Shown here in pieces: positions 11,679 to 25,399 of a DNA stretch of 60,708 nucleotides (within the stretch, counting starts at the first letter, position 1; each line of letters opens with the position of its first letter). The stretch is from Psammoneis japonica (taxonomy: Eukaryota), in the NCBI GenBank assembly GCA_008632985.1, contig QPGO01000123.1, positions 186,001 to 246,708 of the forward strand. The letters are read 5' to 3'. The position numbers and the translations under genes were made by a program. The notes under the pieces are model-generated. The model saw only the letters and a list, made by a program, of their open reading frames with translations, made no database searches and was not told the origin of the DNA.

Positions 11679-13149
11679 TACCTAGAAAGAAGAAATCTCG
11701 AGTAGTAAAGAAAAAGAGCTCTAGTAGAGCATTACTTTTTTAGAAAAAAGTTTGTAGTCACGCACAGCGTCTACTCGGCGCTAATGGCTGCGAGACGCAA
11801 CGTAGTCCTGAATGACTCCATGGAGCTAATATGGCTTGAATTTGTACCGACAACGACTTGTGTCGTCCTCAATCATGTAGATATGTAAGAATATGTATAG
11901 CCAAAAATAAAGAATATGCAAGGTGTTTGATGGTCATCAAAATAGGCTCAAATGATAATGTTCATCGAGTCGGAGCCCAAAGCAACTTCGACACTGTCGT
12001 TGTTGCACGGATAATCCATGATTGGATTGGCTCGTTGAAGCACTCTGCATGCATCTAGAGCTGCTCGTGTAATTTCTTCATGTCGTCGGAGGGACGATGG
12101 TCTTGATGGCATGGTGGCATCCTGGTGACAACCGCCGCACGACGAGTCGGATGGAACGAAGAATGCTGCTGCTACAGGAAGCATGCAAAGGAAAACGCCG
12201 TATTCTGCACCCGTCATGTTGACTACTTGTGGATGGAAAGTGTTGCGATAGCAAGTTGCAAGCTGTGATGGGTTGGTCGTGTTTGTTTCACTTTTTTGTG
12301 AGGCTCTTTTCGGTGCTATTTTTTTGCCGAATCTTTCGTTCGTTGAAGAAAACGATCGCGTTAACGCTTTCCGTTATCTATAATATTCAACATCATATTT
12401 CGTTCAATGATAAGCCGTTTTCGGATTCATCGAACTATCAGCGTTTTACGGGATAGTAAAAGATATTCAGTACTAAGTGATTATTCTAGTCGACATTGAC
12501 ATATTTGATACTGTGTCCGGTCATTTACGGACATCTTTTTTCGAAAACAATCCAGGATAGACGGGTGAGCTTTTAGCCTCTCGAAAAAACGGACGCAAGC
12601 CGTTGCATCGCAGTCCCATTCGAGGACAAGTAGTGTCTTGCATTCCAGAAGATGCTCTACTCTACTGTAGTAGCTACTCTATCTCTCTAGTAGTAGAGCT
12701 AGAGAGTAGAGGGCCATACTCTCTACTCTAGAGAGTAGATGGAGGGGCTGCCCTTGAACCGCGTGAGCAACAATGAGCAGTGTGGTCCAGCGATGCACAG
12801 TTTCTCATTATGGTGTTTCGGAGCATGATTTGCACCATTTCTCGGATGCTCTATGTGCAATCGTAAAAACTCCGTTACAAAGCGATGAAACGGTGGGATC
12901 AAGAGACAAGGATGAGGAAGCAAAGCAAGGAAGAAATGTGGAGATTTGATGATGAACTGCACGGGACCATGTGCGCGACGTAACGGTGGGATCAGAGATT
13001 CTAGACGAAGCAATCTCTACAATCGATTTAGATGGCAACGAACAAATGCCAGCGTTACCAACAGGTTTCACCGAAAGTTTTGTCCCAGGGTGCTGCCGTC
13101 GCTGCATCGGTTGCATGGATTTCACATGAAACATCCTCGAGGTTTATTT

Positions 13150-16100
13150 TCATGCACTGGCACCCGTGCCGGTGTCATCCCTCTTCGTGCGCTCGTTGTA
13201 AATTTCAGTGTCGATGGTGTCGGAGGCCAAGTACCGCCACACATGAACCTGCGAATCCAAGAAGCGATATGATTAGAAAGTTGTTGGAAGAACTGCTCAA
13301 GTAACCCCAACCGAATCGTGGCTTGGACTTACTGTTTTTGTTTGACCATATCGACGAATACGTCCAATTGCCTGTGTCTCGTACGCATCATATTGCTGAC
13401 GGCTATCAACAAGCAATGGGTGGACCTGCCAGCAGAGAGCGCAAAGCATTGCAAATTTTGTTAGACACGTCCCGTCGAGAGCCGAGAAAATCAAAGTCAA
13501 CTTACAAATACTGCGTGGTTGCAAGTGGTTAGATTGACACCCGCCGACGTCTCATCATCTAGCGTCAGCAAAAGACATCTGGGGTCGTTCGCACCAGGCT
13601 CGACTTTCTGGAGTACGTCCAACGCCTTTACCTGTTTTTGAACGGAACCCTTCACTTGAAGCGTCTTGACATTCCGTTTTTCAAGCGCTTCCGCTACCTT
13701 CTCCTTCAAGTCCTGAAATTGTACGAAAACTATGACTCGATCTCCATCCTGAACTAGACTCTGCACCTTGTCGACAATCAAAGTCAACTTTGCTCCATAC
13801 TGTCCCCCACCCGGGCCCAAGTCCAACTTTGCGCCAAGACTGTCTGCGGGAACAACATGGGCGCGTTTTATCTGAGCTCTACACGACGGGTCAATGCAGG
13901 TTTCTGCGTCGGCACACTTGTTTAGACAACGCAAGCATCCCACGTGCCCGCAGCAAGATAAGACTCCAGAGTTTTCCATATCGATTCCCTTCTGTTTCAT
14001 GCACTGTGGCGAGGGGCAGCTAATGGTCGTCTCCTGCTGAAACTTGCATACCCATTGAAAATAGCGCAAACTCCGAATACGGCCACAGAGCTCTTTGCAA
14101 TCAGATCTGACAGTATGCATATGGTTTCGCAACGCCCATTTCATTTCTACCAGAGAACTCTCGTCTTCGTCTTTTTTGGAGGAACGCTTCCGCTTCTTGC
14201 TTCCTTCCTCGTCTTTTGGAATTTTATCTGACGCAGCTTCAACAATCTCTGCCAGCTTGCTGTGAATTTCGTCGTCCGCGCCACCCGGAATGGATTGGCT
14301 CAGCTTCACATCAGCAAGGAAAATTGACAAAGTGTCTTGAACCTCATCCTTTTCGGTTCGGGGACAGCCTTCCCAGTCCGGTTGTAGCTACATGCAGAAC
14401 AATGCGAGAAGACGAATGAGCTAAGCTACAACGGACTTATGCGCGCAAAGCGTTGAGACCGCATGAAACCCTTACCGTCAAGATGCATTTCCGCTGCTTC
14501 AGTGCGCTGACAATCGAGTCTTTGAGCTGGTTTTCACATTCCTGTAGCTGTTCTTGTCGAAGCTTTGCGATAAACGAGCAAGTTTCAGCCGCTGTTGCTT
14601 TTTCCTTCCCACACATGTTGAAGTGAGAACACCGCTTCAATAAAGCCTCCTCAGCAGACGCTGAGTTTTCAAGCACCTTTTGCATCCGATTGTCTCTGTC
14701 TGACTGAGTTGCCTTTTTCGATTTCCGAGCTTTCTTCTTGTTCATTTCTAAGCTCTTTAGATGAGTTTCGAGCTCCAGATAAATAGCTTTTTCCGCCGGG
14801 GGGAGGTCAACAAATTGCATGTGCTCCTCGAACTTAATTTCGTCAATCTCGGCAATGTTTTGTCTAACAAATCGATCGAGAAAAAGCTGGGCAACCTCGT
14901 GTCGCCGTTGATGCCATTGAACTGACCGCATTTCGAGCATTTCGGAGAATTTCTCAAGACCACTCGTCTCGCTGGAATTCTTGTTGCCTCGCCTGGTACC
15001 AGGTAAACTTTCATCTACGCCCAAATGGATGCCTAAAAGCTTTGCTAAGCTTTGAACGTCGTTGAAATTCTCGTGAGGTGGCGTGCCTGACAAGCACCAA
15101 CGAAAGGAAGACTTGAGACCAAGAACAAGCGTGAGCACACGAGCTCGGTCCTTCTTTTCTTCCAGGTAATGAAACTCGTCTACGGTAGAGATGTAAATAC
15201 AACATGTGGTCAGCGCGAAAGAGAAATGTTCGTGCCGATTGTGCTCATGGCATCCACGTACCTACGACAATTCTATTCCAAAAGAACATTTCCAGGGGCG
15301 GGCATTTCATTTTGCTACTGTCTTTTTTGACTTGAGCCGTCGATAAACCCCATGGATCAAATTCCGTCTTGACCGTACCTGACTTGCCTTTGGCGCGAGA
15401 TGATGAAAGTTTTCTATCACGACCACTGCTTCCGACTTTCGTTTGCTCCTCTGAAACAGCTTTGTACACTGCTTTCTTGCCATCTAGACGAACCGTCTCC
15501 TCGACTTCTTTCTCTGAGTGTGCAAAGGAGTCTCTCTCGATGCAATCGAACACATTAGAACAGTCTCCCTTCAAAGAGACGACTCGCTCCGAGAGCCCTG
15601 TTAGGCATTCGTTGTAAACCGCATCAAAATGTTTGCCTCCCTTTCCGCTGGGTAAACTGCTGGGGTCAGCCCCGGCAAGCCGCGCCAATCTACGGAAGTA
15701 CAATTCCGAGCTGAGAACGGTGAAGTTCACAATGACAATGTCCGCTTCTTGGATTTCTTTCGACGTTATTTTGTTGAAGCCGGACATGTCTTTGAGAACG
15801 ATAACCCTTTTGCTTTCGCCAAGAAATTTCTTGACTTCGTTTGGCTGTAGATGCAAGGAGCATATTTTGCGGTTTGTTAGATTTTCAAGTCATCAGCACG
15901 GATACGAAGTAAGAAACGAAACGAGAAGGAGAACGTACCCACTGAGACATCAAATGACCGGGTACAATGACCAACGTTGCACGGGTGGACACGAATGAGT
16001 TACTGAGCTTTTCGAGAATCGCCGGCGGATCTCCGTTTACACTTGGAGCGGCATCGATGAGCCCAAGCGTAATGGCAGTTTTTCCATAGCCGACCTGGTC

Positions 16101-19100
16101 AGCGACGATTCCTCCTCGAACTAAAACAGGACGTCGCACTCTCGCTTCCGCACGCCAGTTCAAACTTGGTAGAACGCTCTCCGCAATCTCTTCTTCCATG
16201 AAGGGATCTTTGGACGATTCTTGCGACAGCATCCAAGAAAGGGAGCGGAGCTGCTCCGGTCGCAGGTTGTAAGCACTGAAATTTGGAGGTTGCTCGGCTT
16301 CAGGCGTCATTTTGTTGGATGTGAAGTAAAGTTTCGGAAAATTGCCAGAGCTTTTCTCCACGTGCGACACAATCCTCCAATGAAAACAGATTTCTTCTCC
16401 CGCAACCTTCGCATTCTCACGCTCCAAAGATTGTGGGAAGAGCCCCAAAGCGCGATTCGTGAGACTGTTGACGTTGCATCCAACCTGAAACTTCAATTTC
16501 TTGGCCGCATCACTGGCGTTCGTCACTCCTGATGCGGCAAATAGATGCACTTTCCACGGATTGGGACGTTTCTTCAACGCCTGCTCGTAAACCGAAGCCT
16601 CTTTGCCGTCCTCAATCGGAACAAACAGTTGCTTGCCTCCTTTGGACACGACAGACCATTTTACATGAGGCCTGACAGGAGCGCAAACCTCGGATGGATT
16701 CCCCTCCATTTTCTGACTTGTACTGCTTCCAATAGAAAGCCATTCCTGGCAAAATGCATCGGGGATCGACAACCTCGATGTCGCAAACGCGAGACTCTGA
16801 AAAAGAAAAGCACTTTTTTGCAAATGAACTTCCATCGTCTCACGTCCAACACCTCCACGCGCGCATTGCTTGTACAGCTTCTCACCGCCAGCCATTGGAA
16901 TGTCAGCGCTGAGAATCTCGGGACACCGCTTCCACCCATCAGGAGCCAAAGTAACGGAGAAAGTTCCTTGCTTTGCTGGGGACGAAACCGTGTTCCGTGA
17001 ATCGTCACTGATTACTATGATCGACACGTTCGCCTTGATCCACACAGGTGCGTATGCCCGAACCAGCTTCTCCTTTTCGGGAGTCACTTCCGACTCCACC
17101 GCAAACTCGGGACGGTATTTGGCATCGAGGCGAAGAGCGATGTCTCGGTATTCGCCATACTCCGTACGCGCACGACTGTTTGAAAAGATGTAGTAATCTT
17201 CCGCACCGAGAGTGCAACGACCGGACTCCAGGAAAAAGTACATTTGGTCTTCGTCACAATCGACTCTCTTGTGCAGCGATCCACAAGCTGCACCGCATTT
17301 AGGGAGCACGATGTATTCACCGTCTACCTTCTTATCTAGACATGACCCTCCGTTCGACTTCAATTGAATGGTCAACTTTTCAAAGCGCCTCTCCTTCTCG
17401 AACGCTCCTTTCAGTCCCAGTCTGGAAGCCCAGCTGCTGACAAGTTCCCCAGATCCCGTTATGGACAGCTCCACGGCAGAATCCGTGGGAAGCAACACCT
17501 CCCACTGACCACGCAAGAGGGAAGAGGCGTCAGCTTTAATAAGCATCCGGGCGACAGGTCGCTCCAATGCGTCTCGTAAGAGCCCTCGCTCGGATGGGGC
17601 CTGCGCAAACAGAAACCATTGAGCGCCAGTGAGAGAAATGCGCAACTCAACTCTTGAGCAACTTGCGCTTTCAAAATGCACAGTCCAGCAATTAAGGTTC
17701 CTCGTCACTTTCGAGAATCTGAATTCAGTAGACTTCGTTGCTGCATCCATAGCGTTTTTCCAAGCTTCCCACAAGGCCTTGTCCATTCCTTCGGGCATGT
17801 TGATGCTTGAAATACAGTCAAAGCCACCTAATTGAAAACGCATGGGAAGCAGTTTGAGTAGCTCCGCACGAAATGAGTCAGGTTGAATACGCGTCTTTCC
17901 ACAATCTGTAACTGGGCGAAAGTCGTGCTCTTCGTACTTGCGAGGTGGAAAGGCGAATGCTGCGCTCGACGTCTGGCCACACTGCTGGCACGAAACGAGA
18001 GAACTCGTCGGAATGCACTTGTCGTATCCTTCGACAAGGCACTTTCTTGCAGACGAATCAGCGCGCTGGAAGAAGTCTCTAGAAATCGTGCAGTCGGGGT
18101 TGGCAGGACCAAGGCAGAGTGGTGAAGTACGATAGTCCCCCATATCCATGACAATTTTTATTTCGTTGCTTGCTGGGACCAAAGGTCTTGGAACAAGATT
18201 GGGGACAATGGCAACCCCTTCTACGTCTTTGATCCTTTTCTGCCTTTCGCAAAGTGCACTATGCCCTAGCAATAGAGCAGTGAGCATGCACGCCCCAACG
18301 ACCGTAGTGGACATGGCGTTGCCTGCTAAATCTTTAAGGTTCTCTTCCGTTTCCTTTGTCAAGAGCAGATCATCTGCCGGAATCCCTTGTAGAAGAAGAA
18401 GTTCCTAAACGGCAACAAATGCAACAAAACTCGAACTTGTAAGTAACGATGAATGATGGAAACGACACGCAAGACTTCCAATGCAAAGAGCATAACAGCC
18501 ACTTCAACGCGACAAACATAGAGAAAAAGGAACGCTGAGTCGTAGATAAGTGAGTGCATTGCAAAGAATCCTACACCGCAACCCGCGCAACGAAACAAAA
18601 TACAGCAAAGCACATCGAAAATCAAAACGCTAAAGGACGATACAACGACCCAGCAGAAATTTCAACCCAGTGCAATCAACGAAACTGCGTTCATACCTCG
18701 CCAACAAGTACACCTCCCCTGTTCGTAACGTACGGGACTCCGGTCGGAGTCAGGCATTGACAGAGGCCCAATTTTCCTGTGCAATAGATAACAATCTTGA
18801 TGAGGACAGTTCATCAGCCTTTTTTCACACATGTTCAGTACGTACCCATGGTATCTCGATCAACGTTTTGACTCAGGTTCCAAACACAACTTTTGTAGGT
18901 GCAGTCCACACCCTCCTTCGCCAGCCGCAACGTATTAATATCGCTTAAATCATGAATTCGATTCACCTGCGCGTTCATCCATTCGTTCCATGCGAAACTT
19001 GGCATTGTGGTGTTGCCGGAATCGGACCATCCAGTCAAAGGCCGCTGCGAAATGTGCAGTTCCGTAAGATGGGTGAGAAATTACGATATGATACAAAGGT

Positions 19101-21123
19101 GGCGTTTGAGACATAAGGACATTATTGATCTAGCTCACCTTGTCACCAAGCTCTTCAATGGTACGTTGACGCAAATGTCGGGATTCACACTTTGCCCAAT
19201 CCGTTCGATTCGTCGACGATTCCGAGCCAGCGGATAGTCGGGCTCTACCGCGAAGCACACGAGGATCGTTGTTGGGAAGCATAAAGGCATCTAGCGTGGC
19301 CGACGCCGGGCGTTGTAACTGTTGAAGCATGTATTTCCATTTTTCAACCGTCCTGGACGACAGTGCTTTGCTACCCTTCATCACAGCAAAGAGGTATCCG
19401 CGTTGACGTGTGTGCGGCTACAGAAACGTAAGCAGAAACAGCGGTATGAGGCACGAGAACGCAGCAAGAGAAATGCACATGAAAATGGCGACTCACAATA
19501 TAGTATTGCTTTGTATCCACAGTCTTGAAGGTTGCAAAATACCCCATACTCTCAAAGAGCTCTACTTTTTTCGGCCATGGCGCTCCATAGACGTTCTCAA
19601 GAATGACAATTGGAGGCTCCGCTTTCTTGACCCACTCAATCATGCCCCGAAACGTCTGTCCAGATTCTCCTTTTTCTTCAATAGTTTTCTGTGTAGGGAA
19701 GAGAGAGATATAGCAAGATTGAGAAAACGACAATCCATACAAAAGACAATCTTGTTTCGAATCCATTTCGCATACCTTTTCGTTGTTGAGATTCGAATAG
19801 TCCACACACGACGTTCCCGCCACAAGCATATCGACACAGCCCGGTGTATTGGGCACATTCGCGAGCGATCCATACGCCGTGTAGGCTTGATTTTTTCCTA
19901 GCTCTCGAATGTCACGAAACAATCGAGGGGGCTGAAAGTTGCGCTCAATGTAGGCTTGCTTGAAGGGTTCAATCTCGCAGCTAAAGACGTGTTCAATCAA
20001 CAACTCGCCGTCCATGTCGTGTTGTTGCGCATAATCTTGAATCGAGTTGGACAACATGTCGAGCGCCAATACGGGCGATTCGGTTCCAGAACACATGGTG
20101 GCGATGCGGAGTGGACGGTCTTTGAGTTTGAGCAACAGTGGCTTGAGCATATCCGGATCATTGAGCTGCTGAAAGACCATGTCGTCAAACATGGCCTGTG
20201 GATGAGAAATTATGGGCAAATCGTCGCCGCCTGTATAAGCCTGCTTGACGTTCTTCTTGCCCGGGGTGGCAGTAGCTTTCTTTTTCTTTTTGCTTTCAAA
20301 CTTTCCAGAAAGAAAGCCCCAGCCACTGGCGGCGAGAGGCTTTTTCTTTGAGGCGGTAGAAGACTTGACAGTCTTTGTCGTGGAGTCGGAATCGTTGGAG
20401 GCTTTCTTCGTGGCGGAAGTCTTCTTTTCCGGCTCCTTCTGGGCTGCTTTTGCCTTCTTGGAGGGCGGTTCATTTTCTTCCTTACACGATTCCAACTTCT
20501 TGACGGATTTGTTTACGGATTTCGCCTTGTTTGAGGGAGGCTCGTCCTGAATTGATTCCTCTTCGTCAACCTCCTCATCTGACAACGACTCTTCAATCAC
20601 TCTCCGTTTCTTCACAGAACGAACGACCGGTGTTGCACTCTGAGATGACGTCAAGCAAAAACAATCACGTGCGTGAGATACACTGTAAGCTTCGATACAA
20701 AGACCTTATGATCGTCTTCTTATGATAAACTTATGATCGTCTTCGTGTGACAGGCTTACCTCTTCCTCCTCGTCGTTCTGATTGATTTCTTCATCCGAGG
20801 CACGTCGTTTTGAGCCCGAGTCATCACCGAGCCCAACTTCAATCTGCAGGTAGTCAAAGCAGCAAGTGTGAGGTGTAAGTCTTACGGTAGAATGCTGTCG
20901 ACTTATGGTGTCTTCTTGATGCTCTTACCTTTTGCTTCTGCTCGTTAACATCAACACTACTGCTGTCCTTGTCGTCTGCGGTCAATGACACGTCGCTTGC
21001 CACCGTGGAGGGCGTGCTGCTGTCGCTTCTCGTCGCTTTTGCCTTTGGCGTTGCTTTCTTTGAGAAAAAGTTGAGCAGACTCTTTTGGCCGGCGGCAGCG
21101 GCTATAGGCGTCTTCTTGCCCAT
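13150..21123 (-). CDS. DNMT5: DNMT5-type cytosine-5 DNA methyltransferase fused to SNF2 ATPase with RING finger; 13 exons, ~2239 aa
   Basis: Hand-spliced exons 21123-20929, 20843-20760, 20639-19776, 19688-19497, 19417-19139, 19044-18846, 18776-18697, 18404-15939, 15844-15262, 15179-14476, 14387-13506, 13425-13333, 13248-13150; all GT-AG, total 6720 nt in frame. MTase motifs ATMCSGTESP, FSCEIEPFKQAYI, AGTSCVDYS (catalytic Cys), ILENV, IPHTRQRGY, LQGIP, LAGNAM. SNF2 motifs GGIVADQVGYGKT, VVDEFH, RWCLSGTP, GVNLT, QAIGRIRRYGQ. RING CCGHVGCLRC...CIDPSC. Confidence 0.93.
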
Positions 21124-23340
21124 GGTTGCAACAACAACAGCACAAATAACAACAAGTGATGAATGCTACTGTGGGCCCCTACTTTGCCTGCAGAGATGCG
21201 TTCTACACCGATTTTGTATGGAGATCCTACGTAGGATCCTTTTGGTTTTTTGGCGCGCCCTTCGCACCACCTTCGCGCGTCAATCAATCTTATTCGAGTT
21301 AGCCGATCGTGCTAGAATGACGAAGTCCTTTCAATCAATCAATCAAGCGATGGCAATGCGACGGACATGGCATGGAGCGCATGGCTTTATTCGTCAGTTT
21401 ATTCTTGTTCTCATTCATTTCAGTCGAGCTTTAAAATGGCAGTTGCCATTTCACCACGATGTTGGATCTTTGTTGGCACAACTCACAAGGCAGCTGTGCA
21501 GAAGCAGAGGGCAGTGCAGGCTTGAAAGGCACGCGCCACCAGCACAGCCACACCTGTGTGTCATCACACATGCACTCTCAAATGTCACCAACAAAAGTGG
21601 CAATGGCAATGGCAATGTCCTCATCATCATTGTTGACAGAATGAAAGCAGGTTTGTTGAAAATGGCCACACACTGTCAGTGTCAACAACAGCGGGCTGAG
21701 GGCGTTTTGTTGTTTGTCACATTGTGGCAGAGAGCCCGCTGCTGATGCTGAGCACAGGTGTGGCTCACAATGTTCACGGAAAGGCTTTTTCTGTGATTGC
21801 CAAGAAATCAACTCAGCGTGTCAAGTGGAAAGGGCAAAGCAAACTCTCCCAGCATTGCTCGTCACCACAACAACTCCATTGCCAGAGCCTGTGTGCTGAA
21901 GGCACAGGGCAACCATCTTTCAAAATGGAGTGAACTTGCAGCTGCCTTTTCCAAGTGCAGAGAGCCCATTGCAAGCTTGATCCAAATGATGTGGCTTGTT
22001 GATTGAATGTGGCTGCCATTCATGGACAGCTGAGGCATGGTGATGAAATGGTGAAGGCAGCTCAGAAAAGCATTGAGGTGGACAAATGTTTTGTCAATGG
22101 ACACGTCCATTTAGCCACCACCTGCTGGAGGTTGGATGATTTACCCCACTGCCTTGAGTCTCTCTAACGGGGACTGCAAGTGAATGCAAACAATTCTCAG
22201 ATGTCATTGGGTGGAAAAAAGAGACTTTGACAAGGTGCCAAATTAATTTGAGAAATGTTTGTCTCTTGCTGAAGGCACTCATGGTTCACGAGACTCTTTC
22301 TCAACTTGTGTCAGAGGACAGATCGGCACCTGTCATTGGAAAAGAGATTGAGTTTTCCAGAAGCTCCAAGGGTGCTTGGAAAGGCCCAACAAGAAAAGGC
22401 TGTTGGGTGGAAACTGCAAATGCACCAAGGTTGTTTGCAAAGCCACAAATGATGATGTAAAGAGGAGTCAGAGTTCCAAAACCTGCAACTGCAGCAGCAC
22501 TCAAATGGCTTGCATCTGGTCATGTGCCACCCCCCGACCCCTGGAACCCTGATGCTCCCCTCACACCAGAGCTGCAAATTGTTTGTGAAGGCATGCCAGA
22601 TCACATTGGAGGATGATCTAAGGCATTTTGGAGGGGATCTGCAGAAGATCTTTGTTGGAACTAATGGATTGTAGATGCAACGCACAAGGGCTTTCCACTG
22701 GCAAATTACATTGGATGGCAAAAAAATGTGCAACCCCCCTGCAGATCAATGCACCCAGTTGGACCTGCCACTCAGCGTGCCATCATCAAGAACATCATTG
22801 ACAAATGCAGGCCATGGACAAATCAAGCGGAGCTCAATCACATCACATTGAATCAAGCTCCAATGCACCTGAGTCAAATGGAAAGAAAATGGAGTCCCCC
22901 AGGATGGTCAGAAATCCCTGCTTTAGAGGCATCAGTGTTCATTGCCTCAAAACGTTGTTCATGGATGAAGTCAAGCAAGCTGGATTCACCAATGAGGTGA
23001 AGGCACACAAACTTGAAGACCTTTCAGGCAAGCCAGGGCTTGTCTGATGAAAGGGGGAAGTTGACACCTGTCCAATGCAAGGGTTGTGGGAGTGGTGCAT
23101 GCACACAGTGTTGAAGGCAAAGGCAGTGTTGGTGATGTGGCTCACATGCTTTCATGTGCTTGGGGCAAGTTGCTGCTGTTCTTGACTCATGCCACACTCA
23201 TTGACAAAGAATGCACATCCCCATCTCTCTTGACCTGATGTGACGCTTTTTTCTCATGGAACATCTGACAAGGCACAAAATTGGCAATGCTGTTGACACC
23301 CTGGCAAACCACTGTAAAGAGAATGTCAGAGTGCCAAAAG

Positions 23341-25065
23341 CACAGAGGTGGCAATGAGTGAAAAGACTCCCCAAAGACTGGGACAGCAATGCAACATGTG
23401 TGCAGGCAATCAAGAATGAGAGAAGCAAATCTCAGAGAGATCTGCTCAGCTGTCTGAGTCTGACCATCATCCACAGAGTCAGGATCTGACACCCTCCCCT
23501 GATCTGCAATGTCTTGCAAGACAATGCAGGTCACAAAAAAAGAAGAAATGTGACAGCATGCCATGAAAAGCAACCTTGCCAATGATGCAAGGCACCAAAA
23601 AACTGGGTCACACAAGAAACGGTCAGGCTCAATGCCCAGTGTGTTGCGAAGAGATCACAGTGGGCAACAATGTGACCAAAAAGTCTTCAACAGCAGCAGG
23701 GCATGTGCTGATCCACAGAAGTCTTTGACAAAAAACATCAATGGCAAATTCCAACAAATCTTCTGGACAAAACAAGTCCTGTGCCAAAGAGTGCTTTTGT
23801 TGTTCAACAAACAATCAATTGCCAAGGGACACTCTGGTGAGTCACACTGTTGCCAACACTCATCAGGACAGATGGGGCCAAAAAATTGAAATCCACCATG
23901 GCAGCAGATGATGCAGTGAAAATGAAGCAACAATGACCCACTTGACAAAACAACACTTCTGCCACAGTTTGCTTCTCCCCTGAAAAACACATTGGACAAA
24001 CAAAATGCATGGCAAAAGTTTTCAACATGGAAGAACATTGAAGCATTGGTGCAGGTGAGCATGGGATGACATTCAAATCATGAAACCAAGTGAGGCATCT
24101 TGCTCAAAGCTTGTCTTGTGGCTTGAATGCAGTGTGCCAGCAGTGGTCCCAAGATGTCCCAGCTTTGCTGTTGCCAGAGCTGCCGTGGGTGGTGTTCTTG
24201 CAGTTCTGGTTGATTTGGATGCAAAAGGCACAGAGCCGAGCTCAGTCCAGTCCAAAAAGTTGCCTTTCACATCTGGGTCAAGATGGATGTGAGCTGTTGT
24301 GATGGTTGTGACAACTTGCATGTGTCCTTGTGATGCAGACTTTGTGATCACCCTCTGCAAGCTTGCGGCTGTTGCAAGGCATGTGTCTCACCTGGTTCAG
24401 ATGGGGTTGAGACCTTGAAGGCGGCTCTGTCAATGGTGTCTCTTATGGCCTTTTCATTCACAGCATCTTGGGCATGCAGTGGGATGCTCTTCTGGATGAC
24501 ATGGTCTCTGATGATGTCCAGAAAATCAGACTTGGGGATGGCGCAATTTGCATCATCAAACAAAAATTGTCTGATTCAAGGATTGTGTCTGAACAAAGGT
24601 TGTTTAGACAAGTGCTTGTGTGAGAGTGCCAGGGATGATCTTGAAAACAGAATTGCATCTTGCTGAGTGTTGGCATGACACCTGGATTCATCAGCATTTT
24701 GCTCATGGTGCACCACGGGAAAAATCCTGGTCATGCTCCTGTGGAATCATGGCATGTTTTCACGGCAAAAAAATTGTCAGACTTGAGCTCAAAAAAAGTT
24801 GCAGGACCAAAAATGGCAGCACTGGCTTGTTTCATCTCACAAAATGATCAAACACAAAAAGAATTGACAGCACAGAGAAATTGTGACCAGCACAAGGCCA
24901 CGACCTGTCAGTGCACCAAAAGGACAGAGGCAGCAATGGGTGAAAAGACTCCCTGAAAACCTGCACAGTGATGCCAAACATGTGCCAGTGATTGAGAATG
25001 AGGAGAGAAGCAGATCTCAGAGAGATCTGCTCAGCTGTCTGGGTCTGACAGTCATCCACAGAGTT
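23341..25065. repeat. Dispersed diverged duplicate (~23341-23480 vs ~24920-25065)
   Basis: Shared acagagg...gcaatg..tgaaa(a)gactccc...agagatctgctcagctgtctg(a/g)gtctgac..tcatccacagagt. Confidence 0.7.
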
Positions 25066-25399
25066 TTGATGCTGAGGGAGAAAGACCTTGAGGTGGCAGC
25101 CAAATGCTGAATCTTTCTGCATGGGACTCATGCAGGGCTGCGTGAATTAGACACCAGAAGTTGTGTAGAAAAAACACAAAATCACCGCACTCATCCGTGA
25201 CCAAAACTGGTGACAAAATTTCTGTTTGTCGTGCAGCGAATCCTGCAGAAATTCTTGAACAGATTTTCCTGGGACTCGAAACCAAACATGACTTGCAGGC
25301 AACAAGATGATGATGACAACCTTTCACAACAAGACCCAGGAAATCATTGTTGATGGGGATTGTGCAGCAGACATCAGACATTGCCATGCCACCTGCAGA

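Noticed and set aside
11948..12217. 89-aa ORF with a signal-like N-terminus
   Set aside because: Short, no motif, cannot be distinguished from chance
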